A program made the translations under genes and the position numbers. A model generated the notes under the pieces. That model made no database searches. It was not told the DNA's origin and saw only the letters and a list, made by a program, of their open reading frames with translations. A stretch of 64,000 bases of DNA from Amphiscolops sp. MND2022 (taxonomy: Eukaryota), in the NCBI GenBank assembly GCA_964187785.1, contig OZ076413.1, positions 25,792,001 through 25,856,000 of the forward strand. Reading direction: 5' to 3'. Positions 1-12,199 of this stretch are shown here, piece after piece (position 1 is the first letter of the stretch; each line of letters begins with the position of its first letter).

Positions 1-90
1 TACCTTGATGACAAGTTTAGGTGGTCATGACTACAACACCAGAAGAAAAAATGTCTGCTACCTTCTACATACAACAGACTGGTTCTAGAA
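1..90 (+). mobile_element. Degraded 3' fragment of a LINE ORF2
   Basis: Frame 2 reads ...GGHDYNTRRKNVCYL; an H-x-YNTR motif is typical near the C-terminus of CR1/L2-group ORF2. Short and degenerate. Confidence 0.35.
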
Positions 91-785
91 CAGCGAAGTT
101 TAACTATAGTACTCAAAGTCTACAATTGGCTTCGTTTACTCAATTTAATTCCTCCGGAACTGAGGAACTTTACTGTGCAGCAAGTCAATAAAACTGTAAG
201 AAACATAAGTGAAGTCTACGTAATTCATAACAAGGAACTATTCGAACTCTTTTTCTAATTCCACAAAACCTGAAAACTTATTGAGAAATAAAAAACGACG
301 CTTGTTGTTCACAGAAAATTTGTTCTTATGGGCAAAAGCTCGACGAGCTGAAAAGCTCTTCTTTTGTCCTTTTTTAAAAGATATCTATAACGTTTAGTTT
401 ATAGTGTAACTTTTAGAATATGCACATAAAATTGACTGTAATCTGATGTTTTCCATGGTTTCATGTCCATTGTTCTGAATTTTTTTGAGAACAACCTGTG
501 ATGCGATTCCTTAAAGCCAAACGTTCAAGGCTTCATTCAAACTCACAATTGTTACTGGAAGTATTCTGCACTCTCGCTCAGTCCCAATTTTCGGTTTAGT
601 AGAGGCAGGAAGTTGAGGCAATCACGTCGTTTAAAGATTCTCGATTTTGAGTATATCAAATTTTGTGAGCAAATACTTCATATCTTGGAAAAGTTGTATC
701 GTGATCATTTTGAATAAACATCTTCTAGAAAAATTGATATGTATGAAATCATCACTGATAGAAATATTCTTGTGTTTTTGTTTAG

Positions 786-854
786 ATGATGATTTGGGCC
801 CTGGAGACGACGAAATTGAAATTGACCTAACTGCTTTTGGAACGTTGAAAGAAA
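786..854 (+). CDS. Internal exon of an unidentified host gene (DDLGPGDDEIEIDLTAFGTLKE)
   Basis: Acceptor TTTTTGTTTAG ends at 785, donor GTAAGA at 855-860; open frame, phase 1 at both ends, matching the next exon. Confidence 0.65.
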
Positions 855-1149
855 GTAAGATTTTTTTTTCAAAATTAACAAATTGAGAATACCAAATGCA
901 ATACAGTTATGACACCTTTAAATTTCACCTCTTAAAATGACGATGACGTCATGTAAAGTTCCAGAACTCGCCGCTCTATTCTATGCTTCCATGATAGCAC
1001 GTTCAAAGAAGATCAAAATTTAATGTTTTGAGACTTAAGACCCGATATCGTCTAGAACAATGACCTCAACGTAGGCATTTCGAAATAAAAACTTTTAAAA
1101 CGAAAACAGTTTCGACAAACTTTTTCTAGCCAACTCTGCTGTATTTTAG

Positions 1150-1436
1150 GTAAATGTTACGGTGGATTGTGGCAAGAAACCCCCATTGACACGATCGTCC
1201 CTGAAGACGACCAGGAACTGTTCGAATGGGGACTTCTCTACACGCCTCTGTTAGGCGACTGTCTCCAATCTTTCAAATGCGAGTCGGATTTTTTGCAGAA
1301 GATTTTCGTGAACGTTGAAACTCTGGGCGAACTTATAATCGAGGTTTATTGCAATGAGAGGCTGTATTATGTGTGGATGAACCATCTGATTCCTGAAAAA
1401 GTTGAATTTTCTTCTTTCAATCCGATCGACAAGTAG
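1150..1436 (+). CDS. Terminal exon of the same unidentified host gene (SKCYGGLWQETP...FNPIDK*)
   Basis: Acceptor GTATTTTAG ends at 1149; A(854)+GT(1150-1151) forms an AGT codon and the frame runs without a stop into ORF 1167..1436, ending at TAG. No TE motifs. Confidence 0.7.
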
Positions 1437-1520
1437 AAATAACTGCCTATATAAAGAAATTATAAATAACGAAAATCATTATGCTGTTTGTGCGAATTTG
1501 ATAATGTTAGATGTGAAATT

Positions 1521-1897
1521 CAGGAATGGATTAAAATCAGATTTTTTAAAAAATTAAATCAGATTTTTTTTTTATTTTTATGGTTGATTTTTTCTTGATT
1601 TTAAATATTTTTTTGATTTTTTTCTGGGAAAACAATATTGTTTAAAAAGATGATGAAAATTCATTTCAAAACACTTCAAGCTTTGATTTATTCAAAACTT
1701 TGAAGCAGAGTAAAAGTTTGGCAGCTTTTTTCGATCTTTCGAATTTCTCCCAAACATCGGCAGATTTTCGACCGGGCCTATCTGAAAAAAAATCAATTTT
1801 CTGATTTCAATTTTTAAAAAATCATGATTTAAATCATGATTTCAATCAATGATATAAATCAATGATATAAATCAATGATATAAATCAACCATTCCTG
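1521..1897. mobile_element. hAT-like MITE
   Basis: TIRs CAGGAATGG...CCATTCCTG; perfect 8-bp TSD GTGAAATT at 1513-1520 and 1898-1905; subterminal 12-13 bp tandem repeats (AAATCAATGATAT). Confidence 0.9.
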
Positions 1898-2827
1898 GTG
1901 AAATTTTAATTGTAACTACACGAAGCGAACAATGTGTCAGCCAATTTATGTACATACTCGTGTAACACCCAGCCAAAGGACCACAATCTAGAACTGGGAA
2001 GGTTGCCTAGTAAAATATCTGGTTTATGTTAAATGTTGATGAATGATTGACAGATCACAGGGTGGTTGCTACTTTAAAGGAGACAACTGACAGAGCTGCA
2101 ATGTTAGGTTTTATAAAGCAGAACCTGAGTGGAAGAGTTAATTTATCTGTCTCAGACACCTACAAAATAAATTGGTAGGTATACCCTAGTTGAGACTGCT
2201 GGAACTTCTTACATGCTGCAGGCCTGCACGCAAGGTAATTTTTTATAAAACCTAGAAAATTCAGTAGGGTCCCGATGGTAAATCTTGTAGAATTACACTG
2301 CGTTTTCCACTACTGCAATTAAATTTGAAAATATTTTCCTGTTCTTTACGGACACGATCACGTTGTTTCCACACATTGATTTCTCAACTACTCATCTGAC
2401 TTAATCACCGCTTTTCAAATAGGACGTTGAAGATGACGCTAGTTTGTTGATCACATTGTGATTGAATTTAATTTGTATTAAAATGGCGGCATAATTGTTG
2501 ACGTCTCAGCTGCATTCAAAATTAGAGCTAACGCATAACAAAACTTGGAGAAGTTCACGGCTTGAAATTGTCGCCAAAACTTTGATAACACTTTCAAGCA
2601 GCTTGATAAAAGTTGATGACAACAGGGAAACATTAACGCATTAAAGTTTCCCTAAGGGTCTTAATCTTCCCTAAGAATCGTAATAAAAGTTTCTGGCAAC
2701 TTTAAAGAACATGTTAAAAATTCAAGCATGTTCAACAAGGGTAGAGATGATAACATTGGATTGGAAGTAGTATAAAAAATCCCGATCCTAACCGCAGCCA
2801 ATGATTATGCTAAGACAAAACAAGACG

Positions 2828-3900
2828 GCAACGTCTGAAATCGGCGCCATATATAAGGCTCAAAAAGCGCAAAGTTTTTGAAATATGCTCGGAAAGTTTT
2901 TATGAAAAACTTAGATTACAGTTTCGATAAGACTCGAAAAAAATATCTCACAGTGCGGAAAAAATCCGAAACGGGGATTTGTCTATTTCGATAAGACTCG
3001 AAAACCACTTCGAAAAAAATTTTCATTTTGGAAAATTTTACAACGCTGAAAATTGTAAAAAGGGGTCCCTTTAGGTTTTTTGAAAAAAAAAGAAACCCTT
3101 CAGTCTTGTTTTGCAAATGCACAAAAAGTTTCTGGCTGAAACAGGGACTCGAACTTGCTTCCACTCTAAACCACTAAAGTCTGTACTAGAAAGTGGTACA
3201 CACAGGTTGAGCACTGTGATCTGACTGGAAAAAAGTCACTATAATAGTCGGGCCCTTTTCTTTAAAAAAAGCGCCGACTGAAAAAACACATTTCCAAATT
3301 AAAAGCTAAAATGTTGAGAAAAACTAACACAACGGGAACGTCTCAAAACTGCGCCCCACTTAAGACCCCTACGCCACTTGATGTTTTTGAACCTCCACCT
3401 CCTCTTCAGTGAAAAGCAATTTAGGTCAGATGTAACGTCAAAAATTCCAATAAAATTGAAAAATTTTTTGAGTGATATATAATGAGAACTAATATCAGAC
3501 GAAAAATGGGAAAATTAAGAAGAAGTCTCACAGTGCCGAAAAAGGTAAAATGGGGACACTTTGGGATTTTTGATCATCCATTTTGTTGCAAAATATCTCT
3601 TGGTCTTCCTAGTCTCGCCCGGTTTTGTAAGTTACGTTAAAAAAGAAAACATGGCAGGGGGATCTTTTGTGCTATCTTAGACGCGTTTCCGAGGTATTCG
3701 TTTAGCTGAACAAAAAATATAGAATTTCGTTCCATTCTCGTATGTCCTAAAGAATTTTATTCAAAAAAACGAGTGACTGTAATTGTCGGGCTCTTTTTTT
3801 CTAAAAGCTCCGACTACAAAATGAACCGTAAAAGCAATAATTCATCAAAAGAAGCGATCAGATCAAAGTTGTATATTCACAAATTTCCAAAAATATTCAG
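2828..3900. repeat. Mosaic of an unclassified non-coding interspersed repeat (GGGGACCCTTT-rich family)
   Basis: 2828-2890 (GGCAACGTCTGAAATCGGCGCCATATATAAGGCTCAAAAAGCGC) matches 57065-57130; blocks such as CACTATAATAGTCGGGC and GCCGAAAAA..GGGGAC recur at 55200-55550 and 57270-57610. Boundaries approximate. Confidence 0.6.
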
Positions 3901-4649
3901 CCCAATTCAGACCAAGACAAAAAATGTGCAAAAAAAAACAGATTAGTTGGACCAAAAATTGAGGATCAAACTTATTAAGATATGAAGCTAGTACAAACAC
4001 GTCATCAGTTTTTTTCAACGACGGAAAATGTGCATTCAAGGGGATACGCAAGTGTTACAAAAATTCACCACACCTTTTTCTAAAATGAATGAAACAGTCG
4101 AGACGAAAACAATAACAATCTTTTTTTATGATTACGTTTTTTTCTCCGGTTTTTCATTTGTCTCGGTTTCTTCAACATGCTTTAGAAAAGTCAAAAATAA
4201 AAAAGTCGAAAACTTTCTAACTGAAAATGAAAATAAATCAATATCTAATTGCCGGAAACGAGAATCAAGATAATGAAGTCTTTGTTTTTGGAAACTAATG
4301 AAAAACAAGTGTGAAAAACAACACAAGTGTTCTGAAGTCAGCACAATTTGTTCAACATTTGCAAGACATAAAAAGGTTACACAGAGATTGAAAAAAAATG
4401 CAAAACCTTGATAAAACTAAAGTCAATATTGGTGACATGGTGTTGCAAATGAATGAGGATCTCAAAAAAGAACAACACATAACTAATAGCAATTATCTGG
4501 GAAATATTTTACAGTGTATTGTAATCACTGATGATTCCACACTTTGCACGTACAATATATTCCATGAAAACATCTAGGAAGATTTGACGAGACTTATTAT
4601 CGAAGACGAAAAAAAGAAGAAATCATCATGATAACCATTTGGAATTTGT

Positions 4650-5245
4650 CAGAAGACGAAACTATTTCAAAAAAGCACAAAAAAACGAGATGAAATCTTG
4701 TCATCAACTCCATACAAAAGAGGGTAGATACAACTACTCGGCAATATCAGAGTTTTGTGAAGTATTACCAAAGTTAGATTTGGTAGACCCCAGACTTTTG
4801 TGCAAAACAGCCGTATCTCTTTCCACTTCCATTTGCTTCGCCCAATCGTTGCTTCCGCATGTGATCTGGTAGTCAACTCCTCGTCGACAATAATTCCCAG
4901 TATTCTAGTGCTATAATTTTTAAAGCAAATTCCTTTGTCAAAGTAGGAAGCATGACTGCATGCCTCTTTGGTGTCAACAAGTACGATTACTGTTTTCGAG
5001 CTGTTAGTCTGAAGACACCATTAGCGATACCATTGTTGGCTAGTTGCAAGGTTCCTATGAATGAGTTGTTGAAGGGTTTCCCGGCCATTCGCAGTAAGAA
5101 GAATTTGCCAGTTGTGCGCATCTTTGATTGTTACGCCACAGCAAGCTGCTAACATATGTGCGATACATAAACTAAGAGGAAGGGATAGAGGACACTCCCA
5201 TGAGTGTTACTTTGTTTAGGTGTGATGGCCGAGCTGTATGAGACA
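4650..5245 (-). pseudogene. Highly decayed LINE RT fragment
   Basis: Minus strand shows a remnant of the QGSVLxPxLF motif (CATGGGAGTGTCC...TTCCTCTTAGTTTATGT) followed by a broken post-YADD region. Many stops. Confidence 0.4.
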
Positions 5246-5246
5246 T

Positions 5247-7030
5247 TCAGTGTTGTGCGTACAAGATTTCTGATGTACTGTTGGAACCGACGTTCCTAAT
5301 AGCATTTTCATTTCCTGAGTCATTCACAGGATCAGTGTCAAATTCAAAACGCAAGGTGGAACTACACTGTTCAGAGGCAGGGTTTGAAAGGCTATCTACT
5401 TTGGACGTAAGGTTCTCGATCAACTTCAAGATCTCTCTTTGTCCAACCTCAGTATCTCTCAACCGTTTTGACAAACATTTTTCAATTTTGCAAGAAATAT
5501 CCTCCAAATCCTGTTCGGAAAGACTCACATTTTTGTCATCTGGGTGATTGTAATTCTCAATCTCTTCCTGACTGGTACTCTGATCACTTCTTAATTTCCG
5601 TTTTTGAGTCTTTTCAGGCATTTTTCAAGAAAGTGTTCAGGCTTGGAATAATTGAATTAGGTATTTTCTGAAGATTAATAGTTCCAAGTTATTCCCAAGC
5701 AAGGACAGTTGATTAAACAAATAGTATCCAAACTTCGGAAGGTACAAATGCGGTGATTATTGTCAAACAATTTAAGAGAGCAACAATTGTTAGGAAAATA
5801 ACGTTATGAAAATAATATTCAAAATTACAGGTGAACGGTTCGTAAAATCACAAAATAAAACTGGTCCTCTTCTTAGCCCGCCCCAGGTATATATACTTTC
5901 AGCTAGACACGCGGGATAAATCCCGCGCGAGAATTCACACCTCGTTCAGCTCGGCGTCAATCCGAGGCAGGAAAATCCAAATAAGGTCCGCTTCCTCGGG
6001 ACTCGGCTTTCAGCGTCAACTCACTTTAAAGGAAAAGTGGGAATCAACTTCCTGCCGAAGTCCCGATTCCGCGTTACTTCCTTCTTCATTTCCCGCCACT
6101 TCAAGACGCCGAACCAAAGTTGACCCTGAAAATTCATGAATCTAGCTACTGAAGCGGGAAAGGAAAGTGAAATTTACATCGAATATTCCCAAATTTTACT
6201 TATAAACAATTCAGGAAAATACTTCGGTATTACAAATTAACAGCACTGATTTTCTTTCAATCAGACAACTATAGCCGTTAATCGGTCTTTTAGGCTGAAA
6301 CAAACAATTAAAATCCTGGATGAACGCCACGCAACGCGTTTCATTTTGGGTCGTCTGGCCAGTTGACCAGGTGGTTGACTCAACTGTAATTGAACTAAAC
6401 GATGCATGTGGGGGTGAATAATAGCACTGGGGGGTTTATTTCACTATAATATTATCAGTCAGTACGTCTAAAGAGGACAGCTTCGCAAATGAGATAACCA
6501 AATGTTATATATTACTCAAATATTTTGGTCGCCTACCCAGGCTGTCGTTTTACTTAGGAAATTTAGCACTTTGCCTGGGAGGTCGACTCAGACACGAGGT
6601 GAATCAAATACATCAATAACACTCAATTATTATTAATTAGTGTTCATTGGACACTCTCTTGGTAATTGACTTATTTTAAGTCGTGTAATTTCATTTAAAA
6701 CTTAGCGTCGATTAGTTGCATCAGTATATTCAGGCAGTGCGACTGAGCGTGCGTCCCAGCTTCAGTCGACTGGTATGCTGCCTGGGACGTTGACTCAAAT
6801 TCACTAGTAGCTTCAACTGCGCTCAATTCTGATTGGTGAATACAGACGGAATTATTTAAAATTACTACTGCCGCTGAGGCAAGTCCCCAGTCGATGCGTT
6901 GATCGAATTAATTTCGGTCGGCGCGTTGGTTGATGGTACTGAGCAAATACTGCTCTCGTTATTATTATATAATTATATACATATCTATGTATTTCAAGTA
7001 CATCACGATGGTAGTAAATGTACATTTACA
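5247..7030 (-). mobile_element. Possible LTR-retrotransposon 5' remnant: long non-coding leader plus a truncated gag-like N-terminus
   Basis: ORF 5247..5621 (MPEKTQKRKLRSDQ..., basic N-terminus then a coiled-coil-like stretch) is cut off by the LINE fragment. No second LTR, PBS or pol found, so the class is a guess. Confidence 0.35.
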
Positions 7031-7039
7031 TGTTATTTA

Positions 7040-10000
7040 GATAATATTAGGTTGTTTGTTGGTTTTCCCTTTTAGGTTTGTTATGGCATTTCTGACCTAC
7101 TCTGGTCGATTTTCTTGCTTTTGCTTCTCTCGTCAGGCGTTCCTCTTGTTGTTTGCATTCCGTGACACCTCTGGGGTCGCGACATGTACGTTGCAGTGAT
7201 TCTGAAAACAATGTCCAAGTATACCAGCGCAGCAGAGCTTCATGAAAGGGCCATTTAGCCAAACACAGTTTGAAGCTTTTTCTAAAGCCAAAACGATATC
7301 TGCTGCAATTTTTTTTCTTCGATTTCTCGTGTTTAATTTCTAATTTGAAAACTGATCTGATAGTGCTCATATTTGGAAGGAAACTATCTTGTCAGGGTTA
7401 GACAGATGGTTACTGGTAAGATAAATGGTTAACCGACTGTTGAGAGTTCGTTCAAACTTTGCCAATGTGACTGGATATTGATAGAAGTTGATTTGCAGAC
7501 GGGTCACTGTAGTCAGCTTTTGTTGGCTTCTTGATGAAAAAAAACTTCGGGCTTCCGGTCAAGGCCCTTCAGATGTACCATTCACTCTCTTAATTTTGCT
7601 TTTGTTCTAAAATTTTGATATTTAGCAGCACCATATTCACAAATTTACCGAAATGGTTACCAAAAGAGTGCTGCTTCAGGTGCTTCAAGCTGAAGAATGT
7701 GTCAACCAAAACGTTTGATGTGTCATGTTCGGAAAAACGGAGGCCCGTAGGAATCGTCGACGGAACAAGAATGCCCATCTCTTGTTGGCGTGCATGAACT
7801 TCTGCAATGTTTCTCCAGAAGATAGTAACATGATTCTCCTTGTTTTGTTCTTCTAGTTTGGATCTCGACCAATCACATGACGCAATCAGGAGTTCACTCA
7901 TGACGCTGGTTCTTGCTTCACTTAGATCTTCCAAACTTTGTGGGTTAGACTTAAATTTTTTCAAGTTCCTTGAATCATGGCTCAAATCCATCATGATGCT
8001 TGCGCATCATGCCGCGTGATGACTTGAGGATTCTGAAAATGCTGAACACCGGAACATGCCTTCTGTTGGGGTAGCCAGTCAGTAGTTCATGCGTGTATCA
8101 ACGTCTTGTACAAACTTTCGTTCTCTTAGCTTGTTCGTTATAATTATCACATCGATAACGGACCTTCCATTCACTGCATGAAAAACTGGCTCAGTGTTGT
8201 TCCCTGAAAAACTTTCTATGATGTTGCGTATGTCGTCACAGGAGGTACTTCTGGCATCTAGGTCGCTAGAAAGACATACCCGTCAGATAATTCCCCATAC
8301 AATACCTACTGGCTTCTTCAAAGCATGTGAAGAGATCATTGAAGTGTTCCTCAGCATCAGATGGAACAAATGCAGATGCAGTGTGGTACGAGTTCCATAG
8401 TGAACGAGACAACACACGAAGTCAAAGCTCGGTCTCAAGAGCTAAAAATCTTTAGTAAATACAAAGGAGTTCCTCAACTGTCAACTGCTTGGTGTTGTGA
8501 TTAAGTGCGAAAGTTGTTGAAATTGCCCGGTTGTAGATGCGTTTTAGTTTGTTCAGAGCAACACATTTAGCTTCTTCCTATTGAAGTCTTCAAACAACAT
8601 TCTTTGTTTCGGATATGTTCAACTCAAGTAGAGTACTTTTGTTCCATCAGATTCTGGTGTTCCAGGTCAAGTTTGTCTAGTATAAAACTCGCGCAATTCG
8701 CGCATTTTTGGAATGCATTTTCTTTCACAATACCTAAAGGCATGTGACACTGCGCATTTACCACATTTCAATAGGCTGTGACAAGAGAAAACCAGTTTTC
8801 CAAAACATTGGCAGTTATAACAGCAAAATATGAGTCTTCTTTCTCCTTGATTGAGTTCGTAAGCTTTCAAGTATTCATTCTTCAGGGAGAGGCTGTTATG
8901 GAACCCTGACTCAAGGTTGGATTGTTTGGTGTTCAAGATTGTTTGTTGTCGTTGGGCAAACCGTTAAGCTTTCGCTCTAGGGTACACTTTATCTAATCGT
9001 TTGTTCATTTTTTCAACAGTGAATTCAGGCTCCCTTGGTTTCTCGAGCTTGTTTTCAGTCTTCGGCAAATGATTCCTGTTCCCAGATAGCATGCTTGCTT
9101 GCTGTCTTTCCCTTTTGCTTCTTCTTTGGTTTAATGTTCGAGTTGTATTTGTCCTCTAGAAGCGTATAGCAGTTTTTAGTTATAAAATCTAGAAAAAATG
9201 CCTTGAATTTCAGAGCTTTTTTGTTGTAGATGTTTTCAAGAATTAGAACTGAGTCAATTTTGGTTATGAGTTGTTGTAATGAGAGCTAGTGCTGTTGCTG
9301 CATATGATGCCATTTTTTGACAGCACGCATCACATAGCTAATCTTGGGGCCAACGTCATGCGCATTTTTGTTGATTGAGATGATGATTGCTGTAAATTCT
9401 TTGGGCGCTACCATCATGATGCTTTCAAGGCAATAGAGGTTGCGTTTGTTGCTTGCTCGAATTGATGTAAGTAGTAGGGAGTCCTTTTCAGTGTTCCTCG
9501 TTGCTTAGAATGAAAGATCGAGCCAAGTTTTCTATTGATGAACCATTGGTTTTCGGCATCTTCGTCAGGAACCTCAAACGTTGTGTGCAGTACCAACGTT
9601 GTGAGGGTGAGTCATCTAGAGCTTTCATGTTATGTTTCTTTTCACTCAAATGGGTTAAAGCTTGGTGGAATCATTGTTGCCAAGATACGCATTCGACGGC
9701 ACACGTGCCTGTTGTTACGGGGATAGAACGAAGGCCGCACTGCAAAGAACGGTCAATTGTTGACTTATCTTATTTTTCAAGTTTTCGGATTCTTTTGAGC
9801 AAATCATGGTCCACTGAGCAGCTCAAAGCGAACGAAGGCCTAAAAAGCTTCCCAGGACACTGATTTTTTTTGCACCTGTGTCTACAGGAAGTCGATCGTT
9901 TTTTGATTGTCTTTGTCTTAATTTGGATCGCTTCTACAAAGCAGGTCCACCTAGTTTCTTACAGTGCTTGAGAAAAATGCTAAGTATAATTTTTCGACTC

Positions 10001-10643
10001 AAATCTGAGGATGTTGTATTTTTTCCTTCAAGGCACCAGGGTTTGGCTTTCTTCCTGACAATAAATAACTCCGCAATTCAATAACCAGAATCCCAGGGAG
10101 AATTATTCGTTTCGAGATGTCTGAATTATTGGTTTGTCTACGAACAATGACAGCTGCAAATCGCTCTCTGTGTGTTTCGAGTTCTGAAATAAATCTTATG
10201 GTCTAAAAGTAGTTATTATTGCTAGAAAAGGGGCGATATTATATTGAGAATGAGATCGTGCTAGAAACCAATTTTGTAATGTTTTTGTAACAGAGAATGC
10301 GGAGTGTTACCGGATTTTTAGTACAAAAACACTTATCTACCGCAAGAAACTAACAAAATATCAATTTGAAAACCAAGGAAGGTCGAAAGTTGTCCAAGTA
10401 AGGTTAGATCTAAACCAGTAAATGCCCAGACGACGCTGTTCTTTTACCATTTACGGTCTATATGAAACTGTTTTGTCAATCTGTCAAGGTCCTGATGAGG
10501 CTGCATTGAAAACCTTTCCATGTCCATTGTCGTAAATGCTTTTTTCCATTTGTGATAGCCCTTCTGGGTTCAATACTTTCATTAGGAAGTTAACTTATTG
10601 AACAGCAAAATGCTTATATATTTAGTTTATTACAACATTTAGC
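7040..10643 (-). mobile_element. Old decayed LINE 'F' (family A type: SGNH-like ORF0, PHD ORF1, zinc knuckles, APE, start of RT)
   Basis: SGNH remnants (F*HDLI, ERFAAVIVRRQ at about 10100-10270); PHD remnant VTTGTCAVECVSWQQ*FHQ near 9700; knuckle CYNCQCFG...CGKC...H in ORF 8667..8936; APE remnants about 8000-8560. Confidence 0.7.
10613..10643 (-). other. Degenerate spliced-leader-like motif at the 5' end of LINE F
   Basis: Reverse complement GCTAAATGTTGTAATAAACTAAATATATAAG shares the TGTTGT-x-ATAAAC core and terminal AG with the leader at 38039; about 160-200 nt upstream of the ORF0 remnant. Confidence 0.45.
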
Positions 10644-10828
10644 TTTGTTCACAACTTTCAGTACACTCTCAGTACACTTTCAGTACACTCACAGCTGCGC
10701 AGTATACTCATAAAGTCACATAAACTGAGTTTCTAATTTAGTTTTTAGCAAAGGAAGTTTGTTAATTATTTTTGGAGCGATGACGGGGAAAAACAATCAA
10801 TTGCAAGGTTTCACAGGGAAATGTTCAA

Positions 10829-10859
10829 GCCGACTTGCTGTGATAAACCTATTGAATAG
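10829..10859 (+). other. Spliced-leader-like motif at the 5' end of LINE E
   Basis: GCCGACTTGCTGTGATAAACCTATTGAATAG is 26/31 identical, ungapped, to 38039-38069, while the following 5' UTRs do not visibly align. Confidence 0.7.
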
Positions 10860-12151
10860 TTTCGGAGACATTTTTGCTTGGCGAACACTGACTGGCCAAA
10901 GTTTGAGTCTGGAAACTTTTGACACACCATTTGCTTCTCCACTACAATCGACATAACCTTAATAGTGGTTTACCTAGAAGACGCGAGTTCAAAGCCTTTA
11001 TTTACTTCTTTCCCTCATTCTACACGTGCTTCTGTTTGCAATAAGATTACAGCTATTTCCGGATTGTCCTTCAACAACAGATTTGTTCACATACTGGAAA
11101 AAGGCTTTCTGGAGAATCGTGTTGACATAATTTGTTGGTCCGACGTTATCAGCAATAACAATACCCCACACAAATAAAACGGAAAACAAACTCTCACAGT
11201 TGAAACGTTATTGAAAAATCTCAGCAAACATTCTCAGAAGTTTGCTGATAGTATTTACTGCCATAGGTTTGGGACTCCAAACAAATTGAGCAACTTAGAT
11301 TGCTGAATGAACTATTTTTTAACGTCATGAGAGATCAAAACGCAAACAAAAAACTGGAACCACAAACAAAAGTGACAAGCCAACCCCTTCGCTACTTTGG
11401 AACAAAATTTCATCACTAGAATTTTGAGGAAAACCCCTAGCATCTACTGTCTAGTATTGCAGAAACGCTGAAGACACGAGAAAACAAACCCATAACAAAC
11501 GAAGAAGAAAACTTGCTATTTTCGTTAGTCAGCTCAAGCTCTTGTTTTAGTGGGCTGGTTTCGACAGCTTTCAAGGTTTCATTACCTTGTAGTACAGTCG
11601 CATTTTTCTAATCAAGATGTTCCCCAGAACAAAAATTGTTGAACCACTTCAGCAGCTGACAAACAGAATGCCGCCTGTGGCTTATGTAACAGCATAGTTA
11701 CCTCATGATCCAGCGGAATCGAATATGCTGCTTCTGAAAGTTGGCTCCTCGAAAAGTGCTCTGTGCTAACGGAAGAAAACAATAAAGTAATTGACGGAAC
11801 ACAGTCCATACTTGCGTAAAATAATGCTCGTTTCCATAGAGTAAAAAAATCATGATGTCTGAAACCTTGGAATTAACTGGCAAAAATTGGACTCTTTATT
11901 GGAATCAACAGGATCAGGAAGTCTGGTAAAGACCGACATTGAAAAGACGACACCTCATGTGTCTCTACATTATCGACAGAAAGCAACCTCAAGCTATCAA
12001 AAGACCTATCCGCTCTACATCTGTCCATCAAAAAAGTCGCTCACGGAGTGGTATCAAAAACAGCTTTGTCATAGGCGCAGTTGAAAATATCGTCAACCTA
12101 CGCCACGGTTGCGTAGACAGCAACCCCTAATGTGGTCACTCAACATACAGC

Positions 12152-12154
<3 letters not shown>

Positions 12155-12196
<42 letters not shown>
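12155..12196. repeat. (AG)21 microsatellite inside the ORF1 remnant of LINE E
   Basis: Perfect AG dinucleotide run. Confidence 0.95.

Positions 12197-12199
<3 letters not shown>

Noticed and set aside
2054-2174. Possible extra exon (AG...GTAGGT with a 40-codon open frame)
   Set aside because: Weak pyrimidine tract, no partner exon and no recognisable protein; compatible with chance.
10485-10530. Possible hammerhead ribozyme core (CTGATGA...GAAA)
   Set aside because: Stem II does not pair convincingly, there is no stem I/III with a cleavage triplet, and it is not next to the PLE fragment.
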